Source: a virus. Taken from it: 64,000 nucleotides of DNA. How positions within the stretch are numbered: the first letter of the stretch is position 1; every line of letters begins with the position of its first letter. The stretch is taken from the IMG/VR virus record IMGVR_UViG_3300023296_000800, one strand, 5' to 3'. A program made the translations under genes and the position numbers. The notes under the pieces were generated by a model. That model did no database searches and had not been told where the DNA came from. It worked only from the letters and a program-made list of their open reading frames with translations. Shown in pieces: positions 20,035-31,000 of the stretch.

Positions 20035-22742
20035 GTTATGTCGATGCAATCCATGACAAATCAGCGGAAAAAATCACGGTAGTAGAGAGAAATAATGCGG
20101 GGGAAAGGGTGCTTAAAGAGTACCCTACAAACTACGTATTGTATTACGAAGATCCTAAAGGAAAACAGCGTTCTCTATACAACACCAAAGTATCTCGATT
20201 TTCTTCGCGTAGACAAGCAGAGTTTGAAAAAGAACGGCGCATGCATGCTGGCAAACGTATATTTGAAAGTGATGTTCCTGTTGTTTTCAGATGTCTGAGT
20301 GAAAACTATCTTAATGTAGAGGCTCCGAAACTACACAAGTGTTTTTTCGATATCGAAGTAGACTTTGATCCTTTAAAAGGCTACTCTCCTCCAAGTGATC
20401 CATTCAATCCTGTTACTGCGATCAGTCTATATTTAGATTGGATCGATCAATTAGTATGTTTGGCAGTACCACCATCGCACATGACGTATGATACAGCACA
20501 TGAAGAGATCAAAGACTTTCCAGACACGTTCTTGTTTAGAACAGAGAAAGAATTGTTTGATGCATTCTTTTCTCTAATCGATGATGCAGATGTATTGTCG
20601 GGGTGGAACTCAGAGGGATATGATGTTCCATATATGGTTAATCGTGTGACACAAGTGATGAGCAAAGATGATACTCGTAGATTTTGTTTGTTAGGGCAAT
20701 CACCGAAGAAAAGAAAGTATGAACGATTCGGTAAAGAAGAACAAACATTTGACTTTATAGGTCGCATTCATTTAGATTATCTTCAACTCTATAAAAAATA
20801 CAACTACGAATCTCGTCATAGTTACAAACTAGATGCAATTGCGGAGTTAGAACTCGGTGAGAAAAAGACTGAGTACGAAGGATCATTAGACCAACTTTAC
20901 AACAAAGACTTTAAAAAGTTTATTGAGTATAGCAGACAAGATTCGATGCTACTTAAGAGACTTGATGATAAGTTACAGTTCTTGGAACTTGCTAATCAGT
21001 TAGCACACGAAAATACAGTATTGCTTCCAACTGTGATGGGTTCAGTGGCGATGATTGAAATGGCTATAATGAACGAAGCACATTCACATGGCGTGGTCGT
21101 TCCTAACAAGATCAGGCAGAATATCAATACAGTAAGTGAAGGTCAAGCGGCAGGCGCTTATGTAGCGACTCCTAAGAAAGGATTACACGACTGGATTGGC
21201 TCAATCGATATCAACTCTTTGTACCCCTCTGTTATTAGAGCATTGAACATGGCACCAGAGACTATCTTAGGGCAAGTTAGACACACTCTTACTGATCAGT
21301 ATATGGAAGAAAAAGGCTTAAACTTGGCAAAGAAAAAGGCTCGCTACAAAAAAGGTGATGCTTCTGTAGAAGGTCCAGTTCTGTGGGAAGGATTGTTTGG
21401 TTCATTGGAATACACTGCGATTCTGAATCAAGAGCGCGGCACAATACTAACAATTGATTACGAGGACGGTCGTGAAGAAGAAAAGAGCGCGGCACAGATA
21501 TGGAAATGGATATTTGATTCAAGCAACAGTTTAATTCTAAGTGCTAATGGCACAATCTTTAGAGCAGACGTAGAAGGTATTATTCCTGGACTCTTGTCTA
21601 AATGGTATGCTGATCGTAAAGTGATGCAGAAGAAATTGAAAGAATCGACTACCAAAGTAGATAAAGATTATTGGGACAAGCGACAATTAGTTCGCAAGAT
21701 TCTACTTAACTCGGCATATGGTGCGCTACTTAATGAACATTGTCGATTCTATGATAAACGCATAGGACAGTCGGTGACATTAACTGGAAGAAGCGTGACA
21801 AAGCATATGTCTGCTTATGTCAATGAACTAATGACAGGTGAATATGACCACAGTGGTGACGCAATGATCTACGGTGACACTGACTCTTGTTATTTTTCTG
21901 CATGGCCAGTGTTAAAAGACCAATTCAAAGACAAGGAAATTGCTGAAATAAAACAAACCTTTATTGATTTGTATGATGCTATGTCAGACCAGGTTAATGA
22001 ATCGTTTCCAGGTTTTATGGAGAAGGCATTCCATTGTCCTCGTGCTAAGGGAGAGATCATTAGAGGCGACAGAGAAGTTTGTGGGGATAAAGGATTGTTC
22101 ATCACCAAGAAAAGATATGCGATTAATATCTATGACAAAGAAGGTAAACGAACTGATATTGACGGTGCAATGAAAGTTAAAGCAATGGGACTTGACTTAA
22201 AAAGAGCAGATACTCCTAAGTACGTGCAGGACTTCTTGAAGGAAATATTAGAAATGACACTTTATGGAAGAGATCGAGAGGAAATTATTACAAAAATCAA
22301 AGAGTTTAAGATTGAATTAGGTAAGCAAGACTCTTGGAAAAAAGGATCTCCGAAGGGTGTAAACAAACTAACTAATTACACACTGTTAGAAAAGAAATCA
22401 GAGACAGGTCGTGCTAACATGCCTGGACATGTTAGAGCATCGATGAACTGGAACACACTCAAAAAAATTCACTGTGACAACTATTCTATGGAAATTATGG
22501 ATGGTTTTAAGGTTGTCGTATGTAAACTAAAACCGAATCCACTAGGATACACGAGCATTGCGTATCCAGTCGATCAATTGAGGCTTCCGCAATGGTTTCA
22601 AGACCTTCCTTTTGATGATAACTTGATGGAATCAAACCTAGTAGATGAAAAGATCAGTAACTTGTTAGGCGTTCTTAAGTGGGACTTGAGAGCAAACACA
22701 AATACAAACTCAACTTTTGATGAGTTATTCAGTTTCGGGTAA
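20031..22742 (+). CDS. polB: Family B DNA polymerase (T4 gp43-like)
   Basis: Exonuclease FFDIEVD and GWNSEGYDVPY; polymerase DINSLYPS, K..LNSAYG, YGDTDS, KKRY; no intein or intron seen. Confidence 0.97.
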   Translation: MSYVDAIHDKSAEKITVVERNNAGERVLKEYPTNYVLYYEDPKGKQRSLYNTKVSRFSSRRQAEFEKERRMHAGKRIFESDVPVVFRCLSENYLNVEAPKLHKCFFDIEVDFDPLKGYSPPSDPFNPVTAISLYLDWIDQLVCLAVPPSHMTYDTAHEEIKDFPDTFLFRTEKELFDAFFSLIDDADVLSGWNSEGYDVPYMVNRVTQVMSKDDTRRFCLLGQSPKKRKYERFGKEEQTFDFIGRIHLDYLQLYKKYNYESRHSYKLDAIAELELGEKKTEYEGSLDQLYNKDFKKFIEYSRQDSMLLKRLDDKLQFLELANQLAHENTVLLPTVMGSVAMIEMAIMNEAHSHGVVVPNKIRQNINTVSEGQAAGAYVATPKKGLHDWIGSIDINSLYPSVIRALNMAPETILGQVRHTLTDQYMEEKGLNLAKKKARYKKGDASVEGPVLWEGLFGSLEYTAILNQERGTILTIDYEDGREEEKSAAQIWKWIFDSSNSLILSANGTIFRADVEGIIPGLLSKWYADRKVMQKKLKESTTKVDKDYWDKRQLVRKILLNSAYGALLNEHCRFYDKRIGQSVTLTGRSVTKHMSAYVNELMTGEYDHSGDAMIYGDTDSCYFSAWPVLKDQFKDKEIAEIKQTFIDLYDAMSDQVNESFPGFMEKAFHCPRAKGEIIRGDREVCGDKGLFITKKRYAINIYDKEGKRTDIDGAMKVKAMGLDLKRADTPKYVQDFLKEILEMTLYGRDREEIITKIKEFKIELGKQDSWKKGSPKGVNKLTNYTLLEKKSETGRANMPGHVRASMNWNTLKKIHCDNYSMEIMDGFKVVVCKLKPNPLGYTSIAYPVDQLRLPQWFQDLPFDDNLMESNLVDEKISNLLGVLKWDLRANTNTNSTFDELFSFG

Positions 22743-22760
22743 GGCAAGTAACCAAACCAC

Positions 22761-22812
22761 TTGCTTTGCTCAAAATAACCAGATATAATACACAACTATA
22801 TCTACCTAAATA
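22761..22812 (+). promoter_or_regulatory. Tandem sigma70-like (TTGCTT-17-TATAAT) and late-like (CTAAATA) promoters
   Basis: 22761-66, 22784-89 and 22806-12; AGAGGA RBS before the clamp gene. Confidence 0.6.
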
Positions 22813-22829
22813 ATATAAGAGGAATATTA

Positions 22830-23561
22830 ATGAAAGACAATTTATTAGACTTAATCGAGTACACACACGGACTAGGTATTATTGACCTAGTGAAGATCGT
22901 GGGGACTGCTCAAGAATCACAAATTCACGCAATCGCAGAAGATAAATCTGTTATTGTAAGTGGTGTCACTAAGACTCCAGTAGCAGATTTTATCGGTACA
23001 TTCGGTATGCCTAACTTAGGCAAACTCAGAACTATTTTAGGATTTGATGTTTATGATCAGAGTTCTGAGGTTAGGATGATTTTATCCAACAAAGAGGGAG
23101 TTGATGTTCCTAGCGCCATTCACTTTGCAACTAGCGCAGGCGACTTTGTTAACGACTATAGGTTAATGTCCCAAGCTATCATCGAAGAAAAAGTTAGAAA
23201 CGTAACTTTTAAAGGTGCAACATGGGACGTAGAGTTTGAGCCTACAATCGCAGGTATTATGCGTTTAAAAATGCAAGCGCAAGCAAACTCAGAAGAACTT
23301 AACTTCACTACGAAGACAGATAATGGCGAACTTAAAATCTTCTTTGGTGATCCTTCAACTCACTCAGGCAATTTCGTATTTCAACCTGGAGTAACAGGGA
23401 CATTGACTCGTGCATGGCAATGGCCTGTCAGAGTATTCTTGTCAATCATGGATCTTCCTGGTGACAAGACTGTGCGTATTTCGGATCAGGGCGCGGCACA
23501 GATTACAGTAGACAGTGGTTACACAGTTTACGAATATTTATTACCAGCACAAGCGAAGTAA
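22830..23561 (+). CDS. Sliding clamp (gp45-like) polymerase accessory protein
   Basis: 243 aa, beta-rich two-domain size; directly after polB. Confidence 0.65.
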   Translation: MKDNLLDLIEYTHGLGIIDLVKIVGTAQESQIHAIAEDKSVIVSGVTKTPVADFIGTFGMPNLGKLRTILGFDVYDQSSEVRMILSNKEGVDVPSAIHFATSAGDFVNDYRLMSQAIIEEKVRNVTFKGATWDVEFEPTIAGIMRLKMQAQANSEELNFTTKTDNGELKIFFGDPSTHSGNFVFQPGVTGTLTRAWQWPVRVFLSIMDLPGDKTVRISDQGAAQITVDSGYTVYEYLLPAQAK

Positions 23562-23568
23562 GGCTATT

Positions 23569-25119
23569 ATGGCGGACCAAATCAATCTTTCGGCGGAACA
23601 AAAGCCAGACTGGGCGTTATTTCTTCCTGCTGTCAGTAGTTTCTTTATTGCTGGCCTAGGCAAACAACGCAAAGGTGAAGAATATTTCCCACAAGAACGT
23701 ATTCCAGCTGGATTTAGTGGTGACGTAGAACGTCTTAATTTTCTAAATTCGAAAGAAGGTTTGTACACATACAAATGGGGCCTGTATTCTGCAGGTCATG
23801 CTGATTTGGATATCACTAAAGATATAGCAAGCGAGTCTATTATCAGAGAGCGGGAAGAGGGCACATTTATGTTAGGAGATTCTGGTGGTTTTCAGATTCT
23901 CAAGTGTCAGTGGCCCGCAGACTGGAAAGATCCGAATTGTCCTAAAGCAATGAAGCAACGCAAAAAAGTCCTTGCTTGGATGGATACGTATATGGATTAT
24001 GGCATGGGTTTAGATATTCCTTCACAGTCATTAAGTACATATCACGTTAAAGGTAAAGACGGTAAATCAGTACACGGTATCAAAACAATCGAAGAAGCAA
24101 TGCTCGCCACTCACATCAACAATGATTATTTTATTCATAATCGTAGTGGTAAATGCAAGTTTCTTAATGTACTTCAGGGTCTAAATCATACTCAATCTGA
24201 TGAATGGTATGAACAGATGAAAATGTACTGTGATCCTAAAGCATATCCAGATAACCATTTCAATGGTTGGGCATTTGGTGGCCAGAACAAAATTGACATT
24301 CACTTGATGCTAAAACGTATCGTAGGTCTTATACATGATGGCTTGTTAGAACAAGGCAAGCACGATTTAATTCATTGTTTAGGAACCTCTATTTTAGAAT
24401 ATGCAGTGTTGTTTACAGACATTCAGAAAGCAGTGAGAAAGCATCACAATCCCGATCTACAGATTACATTCGATTGTGCATCTCCTTTCTTTGCCGCGGC
24501 TAAGGGACTAGCATACAATAACTCAACGTTTGGACACAATACTAAGTGGACTTACGCTATGCAGAAGACGGCTGAGAATAAAGACTATGCTAATGACTCA
24601 AGGCCTTTTAGAGAGGCAGTCTTGCAAGATGATATACATGAGCATTTCAGCGAGTCCCCTGTTACTGAAGCATTAGTACTCAAAGATTTGTGTTATAGAG
24701 GACATGGCTTCTTAGGTGCGCATGGCAAAGAAACTAAGACTAGCTGGGACACATTAAGTTATACAATACTTCAGGCACACAATGTATATCAACATATGTT
24801 TGCTGTACAAGAAGCAAACCGACAATATGAGCAAGGTGTTATACCTAAGATGCTGATGAACGAAACATTTGAACGTGTTAACTTTGGTGAACTAGTTGAC
24901 GAAATCTTTAGTCTTAATGACAGACAAAAGAGTTTGGATTTGATCGATCATCACAGCAGATATTGGATGCAAGTGAAAGCAGGACAAGGCTTTTCGGGTA
25001 AACGCACAGTTAATGCAGGTACAATGTTTGATCAACTTTTTTCAGTTGATGCAGAACCCGTAGTAAATAACAATGAAGAATACGAAGAACTTGATCCAAC
25101 AATCGAAGTACTTGAATAA
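23569..25119 (+). CDS. dpdA: DNA 7-deazaguanine transglycosylase (TGT-fold DpdA)
   Basis: MLGDSGGFQI (TGT catalytic DSGG), MGLDIP, NVLQG, GWAFGG, IHCLG, TFDCASP; genomic link to folE/queD/queE; start moved to ATG 23569. Confidence 0.85.
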   Translation: MADQINLSAEQKPDWALFLPAVSSFFIAGLGKQRKGEEYFPQERIPAGFSGDVERLNFLNSKEGLYTYKWGLYSAGHADLDITKDIASESIIREREEGTFMLGDSGGFQILKCQWPADWKDPNCPKAMKQRKKVLAWMDTYMDYGMGLDIPSQSLSTYHVKGKDGKSVHGIKTIEEAMLATHINNDYFIHNRSGKCKFLNVLQGLNHTQSDEWYEQMKMYCDPKAYPDNHFNGWAFGGQNKIDIHLMLKRIVGLIHDGLLEQGKHDLIHCLGTSILEYAVLFTDIQKAVRKHHNPDLQITFDCASPFFAAAKGLAYNNSTFGHNTKWTYAMQKTAENKDYANDSRPFREAVLQDDIHEHFSESPVTEALVLKDLCYRGHGFLGAHGKETKTSWDTLSYTILQAHNVYQHMFAVQEANRQYEQGVIPKMLMNETFERVNFGELVDEIFSLNDRQKSLDLIDHHSRYWMQVKAGQGFSGKRTVNAGTMFDQLFSVDAEPVVNNNEEYEELDPTIEVLE

Positions 25120-25128
25120 CCAAACCCA

Positions 25129-25157
25129 TTGACTTACCTCTAATAACAGAGTATTAT
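25129..25157 (+). promoter_or_regulatory. Sigma70-like promoter, probably leaderless
   Basis: TTGACT-17-TATTAT; ATG 25164 lies 7 nt after the -10 box; no SD. Confidence 0.6.
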
Positions 25158-25163
25158 ATTTAT

Positions 25164-25592
25164 ATGGACAGCACAGCAGAATTAGTAGATCAGAGCAGAC
25201 GCAACATATGGGTTTCCTTTCAAAAAGAGGGAATACACAGTTATCCTGCCGCAGGCACTGACCCCAAGTTATGCACAGCAGGGGAAATGGATGTATCGTT
25301 TCTTGCTAATCCACACAGACATATATTTCACTTCAAAGTATGGATAGAAGTAACCCACTGGGATAGAGAAATAGAATTCATACAGTTCAAGCGATGGTTA
25401 GAAGGACTGTATGGCAAAGATATTTTACAACTTGACTTTAAGAGTTGTGAAATGATTGCTGATGATCTTTTTAACAGGATTAATCAGGAATACCCTGGCA
25501 GATATGTCAGAATTTCAGTAGCAGAAGATAATGAAAATGGTTGTGAAGTAGAATACAACACATCACGACTTAACCTTAACACAACGTACTAA
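25164..25592 (+). CDS. dpdL: QueD-paralogous T-fold protein, DpdL-like (predicted CDG decarboxylase)
   Basis: LANPHRHIF matches the LxxxHRHxF motif I recall for DpdL; DREIEFI, SCEMIA, V.V.EDNENG; adjacent to dpdA while a canonical queD lies elsewhere. Confidence 0.7.
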   Translation: MDSTAELVDQSRRNIWVSFQKEGIHSYPAAGTDPKLCTAGEMDVSFLANPHRHIFHFKVWIEVTHWDREIEFIQFKRWLEGLYGKDILQLDFKSCEMIADDLFNRINQEYPGRYVRISVAEDNENGCEVEYNTSRLNLNTTY

Positions 25593-25612
25593 TTTGAGAG
25601 AAGGAATGTTAT

Positions 25613-25828
25613 ATGTCTAAGTCTAATCCAAAAACTATTCAAGTTTTTAAAGACCTCGAAGCTTACACAGCTTTTTGTAAAGAATACGGTTATAAATTCA
25701 AAACCGAGTGTCTTTACAACAAACGCAGTCGTATTTGGCGACTGTATAGTCAGCGATACCTGGCAGGGAAACCTGTGAGGAATATGTGGGAAATAGATGG
25801 CAAAAATAAACAAAAAAGACGCAACTAA
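25613..25828 (+). CDS. Small basic hypothetical protein
   Basis: 71-aa ORF with AAGGA RBS. Confidence 0.7.
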   Translation: MSKSNPKTIQVFKDLEAYTAFCKEYGYKFKTECLYNKRSRIWRLYSQRYLAGKPVRNMWEIDGKNKQKRRN

Positions 25829-26744
25829 GAAAGTAACCACTAAAAAGGCTACTGCGAAAGCTGAAGCTCCAGTAGTAGAAAACTCGGTTAAACTAAAACC
25901 AATACAAATGCCGGCTTCTCCGTCACGAGAGAATGGTGTGGTAGTTTTGGTAACAGGTGGATTCGATCCTTTACATAGTGGTCACTTAGAATACATTGAC
26001 GCCGCGAAAGAACTAGGTAGAAATGAATCATGGTTCGGAAGTAAAGTAGTGGTTGGTGTTAACAGTGATGATTGGCTTGGACGCAAGAAAGGGAAAGCAT
26101 TCATGCCAGTAGAAGAACGTGTTAGGCTTTTACTGGCAATGCGTAATGTGGATCAGGTTATCACATTTGATGATACAGATGATTCTAGTAGCAATGCTAT
26201 ACACATTACTCGGCATATGTTTCCAGATGAACACATCATCTTTGCTAATGGTGGAGATAGAAACTCTGCAAACATCAAAGAAATGAACTATGCAGATACC
26301 AATTTATCATTTGCTTTTGGCGTAGGCGGAGGCAAGTCTCAGTCTAGTTCTTCTCTTTTAGGAGAATGGTCGGCCCCAAGAACAGACAGAGAGTGGGGTT
26401 ATTATCGTGTTGTACAGGAGTTCGGTCGAGAAGTTAAGTTAAAAGAACTGACAGTTGATCCAGGTTCATCATTGTCAATGCAAAGGCATCAAACTAGGGC
26501 TGAATTCTGGTTTGTAGCAGAAGGAATTGCATCAGTATACACAGTTGCATATCCCAATGATCCCATACGTGGCACCAAAGATATACTAGTAGGGAAGTTT
26601 GGTAAACATGGTCACACTTTTATCAATGTCGCAGAATGGCATAAACTAGTGAATGAGGGGAATGATCCTCTAAAAATTATAGAGATTCAATTCGGTGACA
26701 ACTGTATTGAAGACGATATTGAACGAGTTTATACGGGTTTTTAA
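25797..26744 (+). CDS. Cytidylyltransferase (HxGH) fused to a mannose-6-phosphate-isomerase-type cupin
   Basis: TGGFDPLHSGH, VGVNSD.WL.RKKG, FANGGDR; C-terminal WGYYRV...SLSMQRH..RAEFW...EDDIER. Confidence 0.88.
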   Translation: MAKINKKDATKKVTTKKATAKAEAPVVENSVKLKPIQMPASPSRENGVVVLVTGGFDPLHSGHLEYIDAAKELGRNESWFGSKVVVGVNSDDWLGRKKGKAFMPVEERVRLLLAMRNVDQVITFDDTDDSSSNAIHITRHMFPDEHIIFANGGDRNSANIKEMNYADTNLSFAFGVGGGKSQSSSSLLGEWSAPRTDREWGYYRVVQEFGREVKLKELTVDPGSSLSMQRHQTRAEFWFVAEGIASVYTVAYPNDPIRGTKDILVGKFGKHGHTFINVAEWHKLVNEGNDPLKIIEIQFGDNCIEDDIERVYTGF

Positions 26745-26750
26745 ATAATT

Positions 26751-26906
26751 ATGAATTGTTGGCACTGTAATCACGAACTAATATGGGGAGGCGATCATGA
26801 TATTGACGAAGAAGATTCTGATTATGCCATGGAAACTAATTTAAGCTGTCCTAAATGTCATGCGGCAGTACTAGTCTATTTACCGAAGGAAATAAACAAT
26901 GCGTAA
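26751..26906 (+). CDS. Small zinc-ribbon protein (absent from the ORF track)
   Basis: MNCWHC...WGGDHD...LSCPKC; fills the gap and overlaps the next start. Confidence 0.7.
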   Translation: MNCWHCNHELIWGGDHDIDEEDSDYAMETNLSCPKCHAAVLVYLPKEINNA

Positions 26907-28092
26907 GTTATATTATATGGGCCTGGAGCCCTACCAAGCAAGGTACACTTTACAGTTAACTGATTGGAATAAAGAAGTTTTTGATCGCAGAGATATTGAC
27001 TACGTGATTGTTCCTGGTGATCTACTGTCTACTGACCAAGAAATAGTAACAGGCCAAGTGTTAGACGCTCATGGTCGTTCTTACTTTGGCATGTCACAGA
27101 TGATGTCATTAGTTAAACTAATGAAAGAAGGTGAAGTAACAAGCGATGATGTAATATTTTTCGAAGATATGTTTCAGCCAGGGATAGAATCACTTCCTTA
27201 TATAATGGATCAAGTAGCGAAAGAACATAGACCGAAAGTTTATGTAAGATGCCTAGCACAATCAATTGACCCAGACGATTTTGTTCATGTCTGGGGAATG
27301 TGTAAATGGATGGGTCTATATGAGAAAATGGTCAATGAGTTCGTGACTGGTGTATTAGCAACTAATGAAGAAATGGTTGCACACATGAAGATAGCAGGTT
27401 GGACTGCTCCTATCTATAATATCTCAGGTCTTGCATTCGGTAAGAATGAAGTACAAAGACGTTTGTTAGAACTAGAAGACTTCAAAGATTTCTCTGAACG
27501 CAAAATGCGTATAGGATTCTCTGCTCGTTGGGATCAAGAGAAGCAACCTGACTTTTATATGGATCTCATTGAAGAATGGTACGAAAGGTATGGTACAGGT
27601 AGTGGTGTTGATGTAGAATTCGCAGTATTCTCTGGTGCTACATTGCGCAGTAACAATAATTCATACATGGAACGCACTGAGAGACTTGCAGAAGAAGGTA
27701 AACTTGTTATCTATGATAACTTATCCAAGAATGAATACTATCGTTTACTTAATGATACACGAGTTATCTTTAACTGTGCATTACAAGACTGGGTATCTAA
27801 CACCGTCAGCGAAGCAGACGCATTAGGTACAAACGTGTTGTTTCCTGCTTACAGGAGTTTCCCTGAGACATTTGCCAACTGCAAAGATAGATTATACGTG
27901 CCTTGGTCAATTGAAGATGTAATTTCTAAATTGCATCCTTTATTAACAGATCAACACAAAGATATAGGAAAGATTTCTGATTGGACTGACGGCACTGTAG
28001 ATCGATGCATTGATATTATGTATGGTAATGGTGAGGAGTGGTTGAGAATGTCACCTGATTATAGAAAACACGCACGAGAGGCGAAATTTTAA
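26899..28092 (+). CDS. GT-B fold glycosyltransferase (GT4/phage DNA-glucosyltransferase-like)
   Basis: FSARWDQEKQPDF, EYYRLL, NTVSEADALG..VLFPAYRSFPE (E-x7-E-like nucleotide-sugar-binding region). Confidence 0.75.
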   Translation: MRKLYYMGLEPYQARYTLQLTDWNKEVFDRRDIDYVIVPGDLLSTDQEIVTGQVLDAHGRSYFGMSQMMSLVKLMKEGEVTSDDVIFFEDMFQPGIESLPYIMDQVAKEHRPKVYVRCLAQSIDPDDFVHVWGMCKWMGLYEKMVNEFVTGVLATNEEMVAHMKIAGWTAPIYNISGLAFGKNEVQRRLLELEDFKDFSERKMRIGFSARWDQEKQPDFYMDLIEEWYERYGTGSGVDVEFAVFSGATLRSNNNSYMERTERLAEEGKLVIYDNLSKNEYYRLLNDTRVIFNCALQDWVSNTVSEADALGTNVLFPAYRSFPETFANCKDRLYVPWSIEDVISKLHPLLTDQHKDIGKISDWTDGTVDRCIDIMYGNGEEWLRMSPDYRKHAREAKF

Positions 28093-29237
28093 TGAGAATT
28101 GAATCTGAAGTAAAATTAGATTTTTCAGATGTGCTTATAAAACCGAAAAGATCGGCATTAGGTTCTCGCAAAGCAGTCGAGTTATACCGAGAATACACTT
28201 TTAAAAACTACATTAGTATAGAACCAGCCTATTCTGTTGATGACAAGCGGTCCCATTATAATGGCATTCCGATCATGGCGGCTAACATGGACGGAGTCGG
28301 TACCTTTGAAATGGCAGATAGACTTGGGTATTTAGGAATGTTCTCGTGCCTAGCTAAAACCTATAGTGCCGAAAAATTGATTAGATACTTCAGAAAAAAA
28401 CCTACACCTACTGAGTACGTTGCCTATTCAATGGGTATCATGGACCACGACTATGATAAGTTTAAGGCAGTCTATGCAGACGTTGGAGATGATATTAAAT
28501 ATGTATGTGTTGATGTAGCGAACGGCTACTCTAGTCGCTTTAATAAATTTATCCAAACGTTAAGAAAGGACTACCCCTTTATTGTTATTATAGCAGGCAA
28601 CGTAGTAACGGGTAATATGACAGAGGAGTTAATTCTAAGTGGGGCTGATATAGTCAAAGTTGGGATTGGTCCCGGTAGTGTTTGTACTACTCGCATTAAG
28701 ACTGGCGTGGGATATCCCCAACTATCGGCAATTATTGAATGCGCAGACGCCGCTCATGGTCTTGGTGGACACATCATTGCTGATGGAGGTTGTGGTAGCG
28801 CCGGAGATGTAGCAAAAGCATTTGGTGCTGGCGCAGATTTCGTAATGCTAGGTGGCATGTTGGCAGGATGTGATGAAGGGGGTGGCGAGGTCATATACAA
28901 AAACTTTAGTACTACTGAACTAGTATACGAAGTTGGCACTCATTTAAAGAACCATACTCCAGTGACTCATAACAAAGCAGTAGTGCGATTCTATGGCATG
29001 TCAAGTGATTCAGCAAACAAAAAGCATTTCGGCGGCCTTAAAGACTATCGCACTTCAGAAGGTAGAGAAGTATTAATAGATTACAAAGGCGCAGTCGCTG
29101 ACGTGGTACAAGACATCCTAGGCGGTCTTAGGAGCGCCTGTACCTACGCAGGAGCGAAGAGACTTAAAGATTTGTGTAAGTGTACTACCTTTATAAAAGT
29201 AAACAATCAATACAATCGCATATTCGAAAACAAGTAA
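28092..29237 (+). CDS. guaC: GMP reductase
   Basis: [59 protein letters not shown]. Confidence 0.93.
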   Translation: MRIESEVKLDFSDVLIKPKRSALGSRKAVELYREYTFKNYISIEPAYSVDDKRSHYNGIPIMAANMDGVGTFEMADRLGYLGMFSCLAKTYSAEKLIRYFRKKPTPTEYVAYSMGIMDHDYDKFKAVYADVGDDIKYVCVDVANGYSSRFNKFIQTLRKDYPFIVIIAGNVVTGNMTEELILSGADIVKVGIGPGSVCTTRIKTGVGYPQLSAIIECADAAHGLGGHIIADGGCGSAGDVAKAFGAGADFVMLGGMLAGCDEGGGEVIYKNFSTTELVYEVGTHLKNHTPVTHNKAVVRFYGMSSDSANKKHFGGLKDYRTSEGREVLIDYKGAVADVVQDILGGLRSACTYAGAKRLKDLCKCTTFIKVNNQYNRIFENK

Positions 29238-29848
29238 TGGATATTGGTTTAATCTCGATTGATAATTTTTATGATACTCCAGATAAGGTGAGAGACTTCG
29301 CCCTTTCTTGTGAGTATTATCCTGAAAAATTCTCAAAAGGATATCCAAACGGAAATGCACCATGGTCAGGTAAGATGAGTAAAGAGACATATGGTACTGG
29401 TTGGATTGATGCAGTAGTCTCTAACATTTTACAAAAAAATCTTAGACAAATGCGACAGATAGATAGTGGTAGTTTTAGAATAAGCAAGTCTGATTCCTCG
29501 ACAGGAATGTTCGATAACACACTACATGCTGATTCACCTGAAGATATCTATTATGCAGGAGTGCTTTATCTATCAAAAGACCACGACAATACTCCTGGCA
29601 CTCTTTTCTATAAACAGAAATCTAGTGGGTCTGACAGAGCATTAAATACGGAACATATCAACGATATAGTTAGTAGCAAAGAATACAAAGACATGAACAA
29701 GTGGAACATACATACGGTATCAAACATAGTCTACAATAGATTAATAATATACCCAGCATCTAAGTTTCACGGCCCCGGCCCTGTTTTTGGAACTACTGAT
29801 GATACTGCAAGGATAGTTCAACTTTTTAATTGGATAGACATAAAATGA
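29237..29848 (+). CDS. DUF6445-like / 2OG-Fe(II) oxygenase-like protein
   Basis: IDNFYDTPD.VR, LHADS..YYAGVLYL, NRLIIY....FHG; start moved to 29237. Confidence 0.65.
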   Translation: MDIGLISIDNFYDTPDKVRDFALSCEYYPEKFSKGYPNGNAPWSGKMSKETYGTGWIDAVVSNILQKNLRQMRQIDSGSFRISKSDSSTGMFDNTLHADSPEDIYYAGVLYLSKDHDNTPGTLFYKQKSSGSDRALNTEHINDIVSSKEYKDMNKWNIHTVSNIVYNRLIIYPASKFHGPGPVFGTTDDTARIVQLFNWIDIK

Positions 29849-30876
29849 ATCACAAGCCAAAATTAATAATAACAGGAGGATGTTCGTACAGTCAAGTTCC
29901 TAATAGAGATATTACTTGGCCTGTACATCTTGTTAACGCACTTGATCCTGATCAATATGTATATATGGGTCATGGAGCGGCTGGCAACGACACAATCTCA
30001 CGAAAAATCATTAGTACTGTGCAAGAAGCACTTGATAGAGGGTTTGACACACAAGATATTTTGGTAGGCATTGCCTGGTCTGGGTGTGATAGAACTAGTA
30101 GGTACTCCGAGAATGAAACTGTATATAATAAAGCGACACATCTAGGTAGTGACGAACGAGTTGATTCAGATTTTATTGTTACAAGGACCCAAGAAACAGA
30201 TCCATTCATTCGTAGAGGCGGCCTAGACCTTTCGATAGAAAATAGTGATCCTGCTACTAAATACGAATCTGCTGGTCACAATCTTAGAGGCGCTATGACG
30301 CCGTACGCCATTCGTCACAAAACTCGCGGCTATTTTTATTTATTAAACCCCAATTGGGAAGATGAGGCGACAATTGAACATTTTAAGCATTACGTGAGTC
30401 CTGTGCAGGCTATTATGCAAACATGTGAGCATATATTAAGAATCCAATGGTTTTTAAAATCTCTTAATATCAAATACTTTATGACTGAATATGATTGTGA
30501 TGTCTTTACATATGCGGGCCCACATAAAAAGGAATTTGGATGGAAGAACAGTCATTATATGAATGATCAGTATACAGGTGATGCTGATGATCCTGATAAT
30601 CATTATAATGTAGATGACTGTATGGTTCCACTGAACAATGATCAGTTAAAGAAACTTATAAACACGGTATACGATAATCCAGAAGTAAATTATCTATACA
30701 ACATGATAAACAAAGACCAATGGCTACCAATACGCCATATAAAACATTGGACGACAGAGAATTCAGTGCATCCACTCAGAGACCCAAGTGATTCTCATCC
30801 AAGTACTGGGCAACACAAAGACTTTACTGAACAAGTAATTTTACCCTATTTACTTGAAAAATATCACATGCAATAG
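29845..30876 (+). CDS. SGNH hydrolase-like protein
   Basis: GGCSYS block I, GAAGNDTI, C-terminal DSHPS. Confidence 0.65.
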   Translation: MNHKPKLIITGGCSYSQVPNRDITWPVHLVNALDPDQYVYMGHGAAGNDTISRKIISTVQEALDRGFDTQDILVGIAWSGCDRTSRYSENETVYNKATHLGSDERVDSDFIVTRTQETDPFIRRGGLDLSIENSDPATKYESAGHNLRGAMTPYAIRHKTRGYFYLLNPNWEDEATIEHFKHYVSPVQAIMQTCEHILRIQWFLKSLNIKYFMTEYDCDVFTYAGPHKKEFGWKNSHYMNDQYTGDADDPDNHYNVDDCMVPLNNDQLKKLINTVYDNPEVNYLYNMINKDQWLPIRHIKHWTTENSVHPLRDPSDSHPSTGQHKDFTEQVILPYLLEKYHMQ

Positions 30877-30884
30877 TATAATGC

Positions 30885-31000
30885 ATAAATAGTTCTGTAA
30901 CACAAAGGTTACGAAAACAATTAGACAGTACTGACCACATACCGGTGGTATATAGGGCAAACCCCTCGTTACGTGTAACGTTAGTCACGGTGGAGAGAAA
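30885..31000 (+). promoter_or_regulatory. Late-like promoter followed by a four-hairpin leader
   Basis: ATAAATA 30885-91; stems GTAAC/GTTAC, ACCAC/GTGGT, GGG/CCC and CGTTA/TAACG. Confidence 0.45.

Noticed and set aside
20031-22742. Intron or intein in the DNA polymerase
   Set aside because: Single 903-aa ORF of normal size with all motifs in order.
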